Shown piece by piece: positions 39,280 to 49,715 of a DNA stretch of 64,000 nt. Source of the stretch: an uncultured Collinsella sp. (lineage in GTDB: Bacteria; Actinomycetota; Coriobacteriia; Coriobacteriales; Coriobacteriaceae); the NCBI GenBank assembly GCA_902494585.1, contig CABUUD010000001.1, positions 13,351 to 77,350 on the forward strand, in the 5' to 3' direction. The notes under the pieces were generated by a model. It worked only from the letters and a program-made list of their open reading frames with translations, had not been told where the DNA came from and made no database searches. The translations under genes and the position numbers were made by a program. How positions within the stretch are numbered: the first letter of the stretch is position 1; every line of letters starts with the position of its first letter.

Positions 39280-40671
39280 TTACTCTTCCTCAACGTGATT
39301 GATCACAGCACCCTTGGTGTGGATGAAGTTGGGGACGAAGGCGACGACCAGAAGGACAGCGAGAATCGCGTAGACACCGGTGGTACCGAAGGCCTCGGCA
39401 GCGCGGCCGAGCGTAATACCAATGACGGAGAAGTCGAAGTCGCCGAACGTAGTGTTCTTGAAGCCAAAGACGTCAAGAACGGGCAGGAGCAGGGCCGGGG
39501 CAAAGGTGATGAGCAGGCCGTTGACGAAAGCACCAAGAGCTGCGCCCTTGCGACCGCCGGTAGCATTGCCGTAGATGCCTGCGGTAGCACCGCAGAAGAA
39601 GTGGGGAACCATGCCCGGGATGATGAAGATGCCCAGGGTAGCGCCCACGATGAACATACCGACCACGCCACCGATGAAGGAGGCAACAAAGCCGAGGATG
39701 ACGGCGGTGGGAGCATAGGGGAAGAAGACGGCGCAGTCGACGGCGGGGATGGCGCCAGGGATCAGCTTGTTGGAGATGCCCTGGAAAGCCGGGACCAGGT
39801 CGGCAAGGATCATACGAACGCCGTTGTAGACGATAGTGACACCGACGGCGAAGGACAGGGCGCAGGTCAGGGCATAGACGATTACATTGTCGCCGCCAGC
39901 GGTCTTGGTAACGACCGCAGGATCTGCGATGTAGGCGGCGAAAGCGGTAACCAGGTAGAAGAAGGCCATGGTAAGAGCCGTGGAGATGGTGGTGTCGCGC
40001 AGGAAGGAGAACTTCTCGGGAACCTCGATCTTCTCGGTGCTGTTCTCCTCGGCGTCCTTAGCAAAAAGCGTACCGACTGCAGCGGAGATGTAATAGGCGA
40101 GTGAACCGAAGTGGCCCATGGCGATTTCATCACCATCGGTAACCTTCTCGGTGAAACGCTGACCAACGGCGGGAAGCATAGCGCTCACGAGGCCCAGGAA
40201 CATGCCGCCCACGATGACAAGCTGGACATCCTGGAAGCCAGATGCCTGCAGAACGGCAGACAGCAGGCAGGCCATAAACATGCTGTGATGGCCCGTCAGG
40301 AAGATGTACTTAAACTTGGTAAAGCGGGCAATGATAATGTTCACGACGTAGCCGAGAATCAGGATCATCATGGTCTGAACGCCGAGGACGCTCTGAGCCA
40401 TCGAAACGACGACCTCGTTGTTGGGCACGACGCCGGTGATGTGGAAACCGGTCTCGATGAAGGTACCCAGCGGAGCAAGGTTCTCCTGAACAACAGCGGC
40501 GCCGGCAGACAGCATGATGTAACCCAGAATGGGCTTCAGGGTGCCCGTCATCACCTTGTGGGCAGGACGCTTAAGCGCGACAAGGCCCACAAAGGCAAAT
40601 AGACCCATGATCCATGCTGGCTTGGTCAGAATCGATTGGATAAACTCAAGTATGGGAAGGATGGCTTGCAT
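39280..40671 (-). CDS. PTS Asc-family EIIC (UlaA/SgaT-like)
   Basis: GVVPNNE, IFLTGHH, MGHFGS, PAVDC, PHFF and TTFGDFDF motifs. Confidence 0.92.
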   Translation of the reverse strand: MQAILPILEFIQSILTKPAWIMGLFAFVGLVALKRPAHKVMTGTLKPILGYIMLSAGAAVVQENLAPLGTFIETGFHITGVVPNNEVVVSMAQSVLGVQTMMILILGYVVNIIIARFTKFKYIFLTGHHSMFMACLLSAVLQASGFQDVQLVIVGGMFLGLVSAMLPAVGQRFTEKVTDGDEIAMGHFGSLAYYISAAVGTLFAKDAEENSTEKIEVPEKFSFLRDTTISTALTMAFFYLVTAFAAYIADPAVVTKTAGGDNVIVYALTCALSFAVGVTIVYNGVRMILADLVPAFQGISNKLIPGAIPAVDCAVFFPYAPTAVILGFVASFIGGVVGMFIVGATLGIFIIPGMVPHFFCGATAGIYGNATGGRKGAALGAFVNGLLITFAPALLLPVLDVFGFKNTTFGDFDFSVIGITLGRAAEAFGTTGVYAILAVLLVVAFVPNFIHTKGAVINHVEEE

Positions 40672-40742
40672 CTGCGCTTCCTTTCTCTCTAACGTGGGCG
40701 CGTTTCCCTCTTCCACAGGGAACCGCCCTTTTTTGTGCCGCT

Positions 40743-41018
40743 TTAGGCGTTAGCGGCGGCCGCCTTGATTGCCTCGAGGGCGTCTTCGCGGATCTTCTTC
40801 TTGTTCACATAGCTGCGAACGATCACAACGTTGCCGTGGAGCTCGGGGGCGAGTTCTTTAACGGTGATGAACAGATCCGGATTTGCGGAAGAAGCACCGT
40901 TCAGGTCCATAGACTCAACGTCGGCCTTGATGCCCTCCTCCTCGCAAAGCTCCTCGACTTTGCCAGCGAGCATCAGGCTAGACCCGATGCCGTTTCCGCA
41001 TACGGTGATGATATGCAT
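40743..41018 (-). CDS. PTS EIIB component
   Basis: CGNGIGSS motif. Confidence 0.92.
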   Translation of the reverse strand: MHIITVCGNGIGSSLMLAGKVEELCEEEGIKADVESMDLNGASSANPDLFITVKELAPELHGNVVIVRSYVNKKKIREDALEAIKAAAANA

Positions 41019-41093
41019 GGCAACCTTCCTCTCCTACACGTGACGGTTTTCCGTCTATCCAAAAGCGGCGACGCATCGCCGTGCCATTAAGGC

Positions 41094-41540
41094 CTAAAAG
41101 AATGAACGCATGGTCTCCAAAACCTGCTCGGGCGTATCGCATGCGCTGAGCTTGGCAACGCAGTCCTCGTCCTCGAACATCTGCGAAAGCTCCGCCAAGC
41201 AGCCAAGATGAGCCTTGGGGTCGGGTGCGCAAATACCCACGAGCACGTGAACCGGATCGAAATCCTCGTGTCCAAACGCAACGGCAGGGTCAAGCGTGAC
41301 GATACAGATTCCCGCTTCACTCACATTGCCATCTGCCTGAGCGTGGGGCATGGCGATGCCCTCTTCCAAGACCATATAGGGGCCGAATTTGTGAACCGAT
41401 GAAATCATGGCGTCAACATAGCTCTGGTCGCATTTGCCAGCGTCTACGAGCAACTTACCGCATGCCCTGATCGCTTCCTCCCAATCGGAGGCCTCAACGT
41501 GGCAGGCAACAAGCTCGGGCTTAAGAAGATCGGTCAGCAT
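41094..41540 (-). CDS. PTS EIIA component
   Basis: DWEEAI...GPYMV...GIAMPHA. Confidence 0.92.
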   Translation of the reverse strand: MLTDLLKPELVACHVEASDWEEAIRACGKLLVDAGKCDQSYVDAMISSVHKFGPYMVLEEGIAMPHAQADGNVSEAGICIVTLDPAVAFGHEDFDPVHVLVGICAPDPKAHLGCLAELSQMFEDEDCVAKLSACDTPEQVLETMRSFF

Positions 41541-41549
41541 GCTCGTCCC

Positions 41550-42260
41550 CTACTCCTCGGGCAGGATATGAAAACCAAGCGCCTGAATGTCGCGGGCAAA
41601 GCCCTTGACCGTATCAAGCGAGTACTCAAGCAAATCTTTCCCGAAATTCTTGCGCTTGGCAAGAAGGGCATTGGGGACCGTAATGATCTGACAGCCAACG
41701 GACTCCGCCTGGAAGATATTGAGGACCTCGCGCGTAGACGCCCAGAGAACCTCGGCAGCAGGCTTAACGGCAGCCTTCTTTACGGACTCCGCCATGAGGG
41801 GCAGCGGATCGACGCCGGTATCGGCAATGCGACCGGCAAAGATGGACAGAATAGAGGGGGTCTCGGCAGAAACGGCATCGACGAACTCGTCGACCTGCTC
41901 AGGCGTGAAGATAGTGGTGACGTTCACCTTGATGCCGTCGGCAGAAAGGCGCTTGACCAGCGCGGCAGTGGACTCGCCCTTGGTGTTGAGCGCCGGAATC
42001 TTAACATAGACGTTGTCTGCCCAGGTTGCGATCTCGCGAGCCTCGGCCTCCATACCAGCCTCGTCATCAGCGAAAACCTCAAAAGAGACCGACACATCGG
42101 TAATGTGCTCAAGAACCGTCTTGGCAAAAGCGCGGTAGTCGGTCACGCCACCGGCCTTCATAAGGGAAGGATTGGTCGTGAAGCCCTGAACGTTGCCATT
42201 GTCATGCATGTCAAGCATGCCCTCGAGGTTAGCGCCGTCGGCAAACACCTTAATCGCCAT
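41550..42260 (-). CDS. Transaldolase/fructose-6-phosphate aldolase family protein
   Basis: GFTTNPSL, VYVKIP, NVT, FAGRIAD and LWAS motifs. Confidence 0.9.
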   Translation of the reverse strand: MAIKVFADGANLEGMLDMHDNGNVQGFTTNPSLMKAGGVTDYRAFAKTVLEHITDVSVSFEVFADDEAGMEAEAREIATWADNVYVKIPALNTKGESTAALVKRLSADGIKVNVTTIFTPEQVDEFVDAVSAETPSILSIFAGRIADTGVDPLPLMAESVKKAAVKPAAEVLWASTREVLNIFQAESVGCQIITVPNALLAKRKNFGKDLLEYSLDTVKGFARDIQALGFHILPEE

Positions 42261-42608
42261 GTTCGGTCCTTTCTCATCTAACACTATTGCTATCGAAAGC
42301 CTTCTTCTTTGTTTCAAAAGCTTTTCGGTTTTCTTTTATAAACCATTTCAAAAGCTATCGAAAGCTCAATTGTCAACTTTCCGTGAACGGTCGAATATCG
42401 GGTGTGAACGTACTTCTTTTGGGCGGCGCCTTCAGAACAAGACCCTCTACACGCTATTTAAGTGCAAACTATCTGCTACGCATGCATTTGGGACATGCCA
42501 TTCCGTTCATTTGATTCATTCGATTTTGCCTTGTTCTTTTCATATCGATACGTTATATTTCGATTACGAAAGGCGCATCTTTTGCCTTTCGTTCAAAAGG
42601 AGCGGCAT

Positions 42609-43400
42609 ATGGCATCTACTTCAGACCTTTCACCGGCCGAGCGTCAGCGATTTATTATGAACTGGCTGTCCGAAAAGCCAAATATCTCGGTATCCGACAT
42701 CGTTCGCCGTTTTTCGGTTTCGGAAGTCACCGCACGACACGACCTCGTCTCGCTGGAATCCGAAGGCAAGCTGCGTCGCGTACGCGGCGGAGCGGTATCG
42801 CTTTCTCGCTCCAACGCAATCTCGTATCCCGAGGAGCGCATCAATGTCCAAGTCGAGGCCAAGGAGGCCATCGCCGCAACCGCAGCAACTCTTGTTGATG
42901 ATGGCGATGTTCTGGTAATTGATATCGGCACCACAGGCTTTTACTTCGCTAAGGCCCTCATGGACAAGCGTGAGATCACCATTATCACCGGCGATCTTGC
43001 AATCGCGAACTATGCCAGCTTCAATCTCCCCAATGCTTCGGTAGTGCTGCTGGGCGGCTCCGTGCGCAAGGGTCACCTCTATCTCGCGGGCGCACTAACG
43101 CTCGACTGCATGAGCAAACTACATGCCGACAAGGCGTTTGTCAGTGCCGACGGATTCCACCCCGACCACGGTTTTACCGTCGAGCACGACTTCTCAGCCA
43201 TGATCAAGCATATGTACCTGACCAACTCAAACCAGGGTTACATGATGGTTGACCAGGGAAAGTTCAACAAGACCAGTTTTTATCAGTCCGCGCAGATCGA
43301 TGACCTCGATGGCATCATCGTTGATGGAGACGACGAGGGCATCATGACGGCGGCGATCGAGAGCAGTCGCAGTCATCCCAAGCTCTATATTGCAAAATAG
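42609..43400 (+). CDS. DeoR-family regulator
   Basis: VSEVTARHDL..LE..G...RVRGGA; DIGTT. Confidence 0.92.
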   Translation: MASTSDLSPAERQRFIMNWLSEKPNISVSDIVRRFSVSEVTARHDLVSLESEGKLRRVRGGAVSLSRSNAISYPEERINVQVEAKEAIAATAATLVDDGDVLVIDIGTTGFYFAKALMDKREITIITGDLAIANYASFNLPNASVVLLGGSVRKGHLYLAGALTLDCMSKLHADKAFVSADGFHPDHGFTVEHDFSAMIKHMYLTNSNQGYMMVDQGKFNKTSFYQSAQIDDLDGIIVDGDDEGIMTAAIESSRSHPKLYIAK

Positions 43401-43406
43401 CTCAAA

Positions 43407-43446
43407 TGGCCGGGTCGCCCCCCACTGCGGGCGACCCGGCCATTTA
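43407..43446. terminator. Bidirectional terminator
   Basis: ATGGCCGGGTCGCCC...GGGCGACCCGGCCAT between convergent genes. Confidence 0.75.
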
Positions 43447-44274
43447 TTAAATCAACCCAAAGTGGCGCATAGCGGTGACAGTGCCGTCGTGTGCGACGTC
43501 GTCGGTCACGTAGTCGGCGACCGCCTTGACCTCGGGCATGGCGTTGCCCATGGCCACGGCCGTCTCGACAGCGGCGAGCATACCCAGGTCGTTGCCCGAA
43601 TCGCCAAAGCCAAAGGTGCGCGCATTTCCCTCGCGGCCCAGATACGCCAGCGCTCGCGCCACGCCCACGCCCTTGTCAATGCCCTTGGGGCTCAGCTCGC
43701 GATTCTGACCACCGGTGTTGCACAGCTCAAACTCGCGATCGATAAAGCCATCATCGTTGGCTACGCGAGCCAGGTCGCTCGCGACGATGCCTACCTTGCC
43801 CACGCGCAGACGGCCGTCGACGCGCATTTCCTCGGTGCTGTGCACCACAGAAGTGCCGATCAGAGACGACTGCTCAACACCCGCGGGTTCCAGGGCAAAA
43901 GTAGCCACGTTGGTCTCGAAAAAGGCCTCAATCCCTGCCGCGGCCATACGGCGCGCAAGCTCCTCGATAACGTCCTCGTCAAAGCAGTCCTCATACACCA
44001 CGCGGCCCTCGACCTCGAGCGTGGCGCCCGCCATGGCAACGACGCCCGCGGGGTCGAGCGCACGCAAGCTATCGGCGATGAGCCACAGGGGGCGACCCGT
44101 GCAGATAAACGCCTTGTGTCCCGCGTCGCGCAGACGATGAAACGCCTCGACGACCGCCTGCGAGGGGTGAACCGCCGAAAAGTCCTTGTCGGTCATGTTG
44201 TCGGGATCGAACGACGTTAGCGTGCCGTCCACGTCAAAAAAGAGCACAGCGGATTCGGGGCACGCATCAATCAT
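43447..44274 (-). CDS. Cof-type HAD hydrolase
   Basis: FFDVDGTL, CTGR, DKG and GDSGND motifs. Confidence 0.92.
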   Translation of the reverse strand: MIDACPESAVLFFDVDGTLTSFDPDNMTDKDFSAVHPSQAVVEAFHRLRDAGHKAFICTGRPLWLIADSLRALDPAGVVAMAGATLEVEGRVVYEDCFDEDVIEELARRMAAAGIEAFFETNVATFALEPAGVEQSSLIGTSVVHSTEEMRVDGRLRVGKVGIVASDLARVANDDGFIDREFELCNTGGQNRELSPKGIDKGVGVARALAYLGREGNARTFGFGDSGNDLGMLAAVETAVAMGNAMPEVKAVADYVTDDVAHDGTVTAMRHFGLI

Positions 44275-44349
44275 ATGGGTTCCTTTCGAGGATAAGGGCA
44301 AACGAAGCATCCATCATATAATGGAGCGACGCAACCAGAGAGGTCACCC

Positions 44350-46908
44350 ATGGAATTTTACGCAAGCTGCCCCGAGGGCTTTGAGTCCGCACTCGCCGAT
44401 GAGCTTAAACGCCTCGGGCTTTCGCATGTTCGCCGGCTGAAGGGCCGCGCTACATTTGAGGGCGAGCTCGAGCAAGGCTACCGCGCCTGTCTGTGGTCGC
44501 GCCTGGCGAGCCGCGTGTTCGTGGTACTCGGGCGCTTTGAGGCGCAGGATGCCGACGAGCTGTACGATAGCATTTACGACATCGCCTGGGAGAGCATCGT
44601 CCGCCCCGGCGCCACCATCGCCATCACCGCCCGCGGCGTGACCGAGCAGCTGCGCAACACGCGCTTCTCGGCCCTGCGCGCCAAGGACGCGCTGTGCGAC
44701 CGCCTGGCCGAGACCACGGGCCGTCGCGCCGACGTCGATGCCGCCGACCCCGATGTTCACCTACTGCTTTCGCTGCGCCAGCGCCGCGCGAGCATAAGCC
44801 TGGACCTTTCGGGCGACCCGCTGTTCAAGCGCCTGCCGCCCGCGGCGACCCGTGCCGGCGAGGGCGCGCACGTGCTGCGCCCCGACTACGCCGCCCTGGT
44901 GCTGGCGCAGGTCGGCTGGACCGCGCTATGCGAGCGCGAGCTGACGGCCGACGATTACGAAAACGAAGCCCTGCCCACGCTGGTCGACGCCTCGTGCGCC
45001 GGCGGCGGTCTGCTGCTGGAAGCCGTTAACATTCTGACTGACCGCGCCCCGGGTTTTGCACGCGAGCACTGGGGTTTTGAGGGCTGGCAGCTGCATGATG
45101 CCGCCCTGTGGGAGCAGCTGCTTGCCGAGGCGCGCGAGCGCGAGACGGCAGCACGCGAGCGCCAGGCGCGCATCGTGGCCGTAGATATCGACCCCGCCGC
45201 CCGCAAGACTGCCGAGCGCATGGTCAAGTGTGCCGGCTACAAGCGTTTTGTCGACTTCTGCGCCGCCAAGCCCGCCACCGTGCTGGACCATGCGGGCGCC
45301 GTCGCCGGCGCCGTCGTGGTCGCAGACACCACCGAAACCCCGCTTTCACTCATGCACGACGCCATGACGTTGATCGGCGAGCTGCGCCGCGCGCCCGAGC
45401 TCGCTTCGGCACCGGTCGCCGCGCTCACCCGCGATGGCCTTATGGCCCGCGCGCTCCATGCCGAACCCGCGCGCTCCATCGCCGTCATGCCCAATAACGA
45501 AGAGGCAACTATTGAGGTTTGGTCCTCGCTCGACCACGCCGCCGCGGCATTTGAAGCTGCGACCAGTGCAGATGCCGAGGAGCAGACCGCAGACGCTCAT
45601 GACGAAGCCGCCGATACTCCCATGCCCGAACCTGCTGCCACGATCGACCTGGGCGACGGCAAGCCGCTGCCCGTGCTCATCCCGGAGTCCGAGCAGTTCG
45701 CCAACCGCCTGCGTAAGAACGCCCGTCTGCGTCGCAAGTGGGCAAAGCGCGAGGGCGTGAGCTGCTACCGCGTCTATGATGCCGACCTACCCGACTACTC
45801 CGCCGCCATCGACCTGTACGAGGGCTGCCCGCAGACGCCGGGCCGCTGGCTCGTCATCGCCGAATACGCCGCACCCAAGACCATCGATCCCGCGCTGGCC
45901 CAGGCCCGCATGCTCGACATCTTGGCCATCGCACCGCGCATCCTGGATGTTCCGGCCGAGCATGTGCACGCCAAGGCCCGCATGCGTTCGCGCGGCGGCT
46001 CGCAGTACGGCAAGCAGGGCGCCGGCAAGGGCGGCTCGGGCGAGCGCGCCAACATCGCGCGCCGTCGCCTGCCGCTCATCGAAGAGGGCGGCCTTACCTT
46101 TGCCGTCAACTTTGACGACTATTTGGATGTGGGCATCTTCCTAGACCACCGCGTCACCCGCAACCTGGTGCGCGAGCACGCCAAACAGGCGCGCCGCTTC
46201 CTCAATCTGTTCGCCTACACCGGTACCGCCACCTGCTATGCGGCGGACGGCGGCGTCGAGGAGACTGTGACGGTTGACCTTTCCAACACCTACCTGGACT
46301 GGGCCGAGCGCAACATGCGTCAGAACGGCTTTGTGGGGCCGCAGCATCACTTTGTGCGCGATGACGTGCTCGCCTGGATTCGCGACCAGCGCCAGACGCG
46401 CAACCGCTGGGACCTGATTTTTGTCGACCCGCCCACGTTTTCGAACTCGTCCAAGATGGGCCGCCGCACCTGGGATGTCCAGCGCGACCATGTTGAGCTT
46501 TTGGCCGGCGTATCGCGCCTGCTCGCACAGGGCGGACATGCCATCTTTAGCTGCAACCTGCGCGGCTTCCGCCCCGAGACGCGCAAGCTCGCACGCGCGG
46601 GCGTCGTACTGGAGGACATTACGGCGCAGACCATCCCCGAGGATTTCGCACGCAACCAGAAGGTGCACCATTGCTATATCGTGCGCCGACTGCCCATCGA
46701 GGACGCCATGGCCGAAGTCGGCTTTAGCGCCGAGGAAATTGCCGAGCGAACCGAGGAGTTGCGCAGCCCCGAAGCCCGCAAGCCTCGCGCGGCAGCACCC
46801 GCGCACGCGCAGACCGGCAACGACAAGTCCAACTTTGCCGGCAAACCCTCCCCCGCCGACAAGCCCAAAAAGAAGAAGTTCTACGCCAGCAAGCCCAAGG
46901 GCAAATAA
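44350..46908 (+). CDS. rlmL: Bifunctional 23S rRNA methyltransferase RlmKL-like
   Basis: LWSRLASRV with THUMP region; C-half YRVYDAD, GIFLDHR, NLFAYTG and DPPTF. Confidence 0.85.
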   Translation: MEFYASCPEGFESALADELKRLGLSHVRRLKGRATFEGELEQGYRACLWSRLASRVFVVLGRFEAQDADELYDSIYDIAWESIVRPGATIAITARGVTEQLRNTRFSALRAKDALCDRLAETTGRRADVDAADPDVHLLLSLRQRRASISLDLSGDPLFKRLPPAATRAGEGAHVLRPDYAALVLAQVGWTALCERELTADDYENEALPTLVDASCAGGGLLLEAVNILTDRAPGFAREHWGFEGWQLHDAALWEQLLAEARERETAARERQARIVAVDIDPAARKTAERMVKCAGYKRFVDFCAAKPATVLDHAGAVAGAVVVADTTETPLSLMHDAMTLIGELRRAPELASAPVAALTRDGLMARALHAEPARSIAVMPNNEEATIEVWSSLDHAAAAFEAATSADAEEQTADAHDEAADTPMPEPAATIDLGDGKPLPVLIPESEQFANRLRKNARLRRKWAKREGVSCYRVYDADLPDYSAAIDLYEGCPQTPGRWLVIAEYAAPKTIDPALAQARMLDILAIAPRILDVPAEHVHAKARMRSRGGSQYGKQGAGKGGSGERANIARRRLPLIEEGGLTFAVNFDDYLDVGIFLDHRVTRNLVREHAKQARRFLNLFAYTGTATCYAADGGVEETVTVDLSNTYLDWAERNMRQNGFVGPQHHFVRDDVLAWIRDQRQTRNRWDLIFVDPPTFSNSSKMGRRTWDVQRDHVELLAGVSRLLAQGGHAIFSCNLRGFRPETRKLARAGVVLEDITAQTIPEDFARNQKVHHCYIVRRLPIEDAMAEVGFSAEEIAERTEELRSPEARKPRAAAPAHAQTGNDKSNFAGKPSPADKPKKKKFYASKPKGK

Positions 46909-46912
46909 ACAA

Positions 46913-46978
46913 AGTTGCGGTGGAATAGTTCCTAAAAAGCCTGGTAAAGGCCCAAACAGGAACTATTTCACCGCAACT
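46913..46978. repeat. About 66-bp inverted-repeat element, copy 2
   Basis: AGTTGCGGTGGAATAGTTCCT...AGGAACTATTTCACCGCAACT. Confidence 0.8.
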
Positions 46979-47002
46979 CATATTGGGATGGTGGTTGGCG
47001 AT

Positions 47003-47716
47003 CTAACCTTGGGTGACCAATCGGTAACCGATGCCCACGTGCGTTTGGATATAGCGTGGGTGCGCGGGGTCGGATTCGATCTTCTTGCGCAGCGTGCCCA
47101 TAAAGACGCGCAGGCTCGCCAGGTCGCTCTTGGTCGCCGTGCCCCAAATCTCGTGCAAAATAAACTGGTGCGTCAGCACCTTGTCGGCGTTATGCGCCAG
47201 CAGGCACAGGAGCTTATACTCGATCGGCGTCAGATGCAGCTCCTCGCCATCCATCGTGGCGATGCCGGCGTCAAAATCGATATGCAGCTCACCGGTATCG
47301 AACGATCCCTCGGAGGCAACGCCGCCCGTTTGCGCATACGAAAGGCGCCTGAGTGTCGTACGAATGCGCGCGAGCAGCTCCTCGACCGAAAACGGCTTGG
47401 TCAGGTAGTCGTCGGCACCGGCATCGAGCGCGCGGATCTTGTCCGCGTCCTCGCTGCGCGCCGAGACCACGATGATCGGCATGCCCGACCATGCGCGCAC
47501 CGACTCCACCACCTTGACGCCGTCCATATCGGGCAGGCCCAGATCGAGCAGCACAATACTCGGTGCCTGCGATGAGGCGGCGGCGATGGCGGCATGGGCG
47601 GTCTCCACGGCCATATGGCGCAAGCCGTGCGCCTCGAGCGCGGCAACGATAAGGTTGCGAACGGCGGGATCGTCCTCAACGACCAAGATGAGCGGTTTTA
47701 CGGCAGAGTTCGACAC
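47003..47716 (-). CDS. kdpE: KdpE-like response regulator
   Basis: LLDLGLPDMDG, LRVFMGTLRKKIESDPAHP and THVGIGYR motifs; GTG start. Confidence 0.88.
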   Translation of the reverse strand: MSNSAVKPLILVVEDDPAVRNLIVAALEAHGLRHMAVETAHAAIAAASSQAPSIVLLDLGLPDMDGVKVVESVRAWSGMPIIVVSARSEDADKIRALDAGADDYLTKPFSVEELLARIRTTLRRLSYAQTGGVASEGSFDTGELHIDFDAGIATMDGEELHLTPIEYKLLCLLAHNADKVLTHQFILHEIWGTATKSDLASLRVFMGTLRKKIESDPAHPRYIQTHVGIGYRLVTQG

Positions 47717-47720
47717 GGCG

Positions 47721-49346
47721 CTACTCCTTATCAAACGAAACGTCGGCGGCGGGAAGTTCAATCGTAAAGACCGAACCGTGCGGGTCCGCCGCGGCAACCT
47801 CTATGCTACCGCCATGCGCCAACGCAATGGAACGGCAGAGCGAAAGACCCAAGCCCACGCTGCGGTGGCTGTCGGCCAGACCATGGTTGGCGGTATAGAA
47901 CGACTCAAAAATTCGCTCGCGGTCCTCGGGTGCGATGCCCGGACCATCATCGGCCACCGAGCACGCCACGCGTCCATCGTCGACGCCAATCGAAATCATG
48001 ATATGCGAGCCTGCGGGCGTATAGGTGATGGCGTTGTTCACCAGATTGACCACCAGCTGCACCATCAGGCGCGCATCGACGTTGACGAGCGCCGGCTCAT
48101 CGCACGCCACCACCTTAAGGTCGTGCTCGCGCACGGCAGGGTTCACGTGGCGCAGCGCCTCCTCGACGATATCGTCCATGAGCTCGAGCGTGGTCGACAG
48201 TCGCATACCGCCGCCCTCGAGCTTGGTGATGGCGAGCAGGTTCTCGACGGTGACGTTGAGCCATTGCGCATCCGAGCGAATGGACAGGAGCAGGCCGCGG
48301 CGCGTCTGGGCGTCGAGCACGGCGGTGCCGGTCGAGCCCTGGTCGAGCAGCACGTCGGCATTGCCCGAGATGCTCGTGAGCGGCGTGCGCAGGTCGTGCG
48401 AGATGGAGCGCAGCAGGTTGGCGCGCAGCTGCTCATTTTTGGCAAGCACCGCCGCCTCCTCGCGGGCCTCCATGGCGCGGGCGCGATCGAGTGCCAGCTC
48501 GCCTTCGCTCACGATGGCATCGGCAAGTGTCCGCTCCTCGTGCGTCAGCACGTCGGGCTCGGCAACGATAGCCAGCACGCCCACCACCGAGGCAGGGTTG
48601 CCCGAGCGCACGAAGCCGTCACCCGTGCGAACCGTCAGGTAGATGCCATAAAACGCCGAGCCGCCATAAGTGGCGTCGAGCGGCATTCCCACATAGGCGG
48701 ACGCCGAGAGACGCGGCGGCATCTGCGGCGCCAGCTCGTGCACCGGCGCGGCATCGCCCACGGCCGTGTATGTCGCACGCGGCAGCAGGTCATCATCGTC
48801 GGCATCGGCGCTGTACCATACGACCGGACAGCCCGAAAGACGCGCCAGCTGCGTTGCCATGGCATGGACAATCTGCTGCTGATCGGCGCACCGCTGCAGC
48901 ATGCGGTTGGTCTCGAGCACCATATGCGTGCGACGGTCGCTGGCGGCAGCCTGTGCCAAGGCGCGGCGCAGGGCCAACGCAATCGAGCTCGACACAAGCG
49001 AGACCACAAACATGATGAAGAACATGCCGGGATAGGCGCGGTCGATAAACGACAGCGAGTAGCGCGGATCGACAAACAAGAAGTTGTAGAGCGCCGCGGC
49101 GGCAGCCGCACTCAACAGGCAATACAGGCGGCTCCAGGTGAAAAAGGCACACAGCTGCACGGCAAGCACATAGACGATCATGATGCTCGGCGCGAGACCC
49201 GGATGGTCGAGCAGCGCGCCCACAATCGTCGCCGCGACCAGCAGCCCCGCCGATACGCAGGCGTCATACAGAGGAGTGCGGCGCGTCAGCGTTGTGCGCC
49301 GCCACCAAAAGCTATCGGCAATATCGCCGTCCGTACGGACGTCCAT
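47721..49346 (-). CDS. kdpD: KdpD-like sensor kinase lacking the N-terminal KdpD/Usp domains
   Basis: Four TM segments (YNFLFVDPRYS); EQLRANLLRSISHDLRTPLT; HATPase domain. Confidence 0.85.
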   Translation of the reverse strand: MDVRTDGDIADSFWWRRTTLTRRTPLYDACVSAGLLVAATIVGALLDHPGLAPSIMIVYVLAVQLCAFFTWSRLYCLLSAAAAAALYNFLFVDPRYSLSFIDRAYPGMFFIMFVVSLVSSSIALALRRALAQAAASDRRTHMVLETNRMLQRCADQQQIVHAMATQLARLSGCPVVWYSADADDDDLLPRATYTAVGDAAPVHELAPQMPPRLSASAYVGMPLDATYGGSAFYGIYLTVRTGDGFVRSGNPASVVGVLAIVAEPDVLTHEERTLADAIVSEGELALDRARAMEAREEAAVLAKNEQLRANLLRSISHDLRTPLTSISGNADVLLDQGSTGTAVLDAQTRRGLLLSIRSDAQWLNVTVENLLAITKLEGGGMRLSTTLELMDDIVEEALRHVNPAVREHDLKVVACDEPALVNVDARLMVQLVVNLVNNAITYTPAGSHIMISIGVDDGRVACSVADDGPGIAPEDRERIFESFYTANHGLADSHRSVGLGLSLCRSIALAHGGSIEVAAADPHGSVFTIELPAADVSFDKE

Positions 49347-49374
49347 CAGCGCCCCGCCCCTCTCTCATAAACAA

Positions 49375-49413
49375 AAACCACCACAAAGGGGACAGGCACC
49401 TTTGTGGTGGTTT
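49375..49413. repeat. REP-like palindrome variant
   Basis: AAACCACCACAAAGG-GGACAGGCA-CCTTTGTGGTGGTTT. Confidence 0.65.
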
Positions 49414-49459
49414 CCCTTGTGGTGGTTCCAAGTGTAAAGCCTTCTACGACCGGCAGTCG

Positions 49460-49684
49460 CTAGACAAACAGCACGTGCGCGAGCAGGGCACACACGCACA
49501 CCGCTCCAAATACCAGTGCCACGATCGAAATTACGCGATCGGCCATGTCCATGTTGGCACGGTTCGTCAAAAACCGATCTTCGGCGGCGTCGGCGCGTGC
49601 CTCACGCACCATCTCGGCAACCACCTCGTGGCCATCAAGCGTCTTTGCATCCATGTTTGCCTCCCCGGTCTCAACCTTGTCCAT
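49460..49684 (-). CDS. Small membrane protein between kup and kdpD
   Basis: GGAG RBS; C-terminal TM helix. Confidence 0.55.
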   Translation of the reverse strand: MDKVETGEANMDAKTLDGHEVVAEMVREARADAAEDRFLTNRANMDMADRVISIVALVFGAVCVCALLAHVLFV

Positions 49685-49715
49685 CGAAAACCAACTCCAT
49701 GCAACCTGTCGGCGC

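Noticed and set aside
39280..41540. Calling the PTS genes ulaABC
   Set aside because: Family fits, but the downstream ascorbate catabolic genes are absent, so the substrate is unsupported
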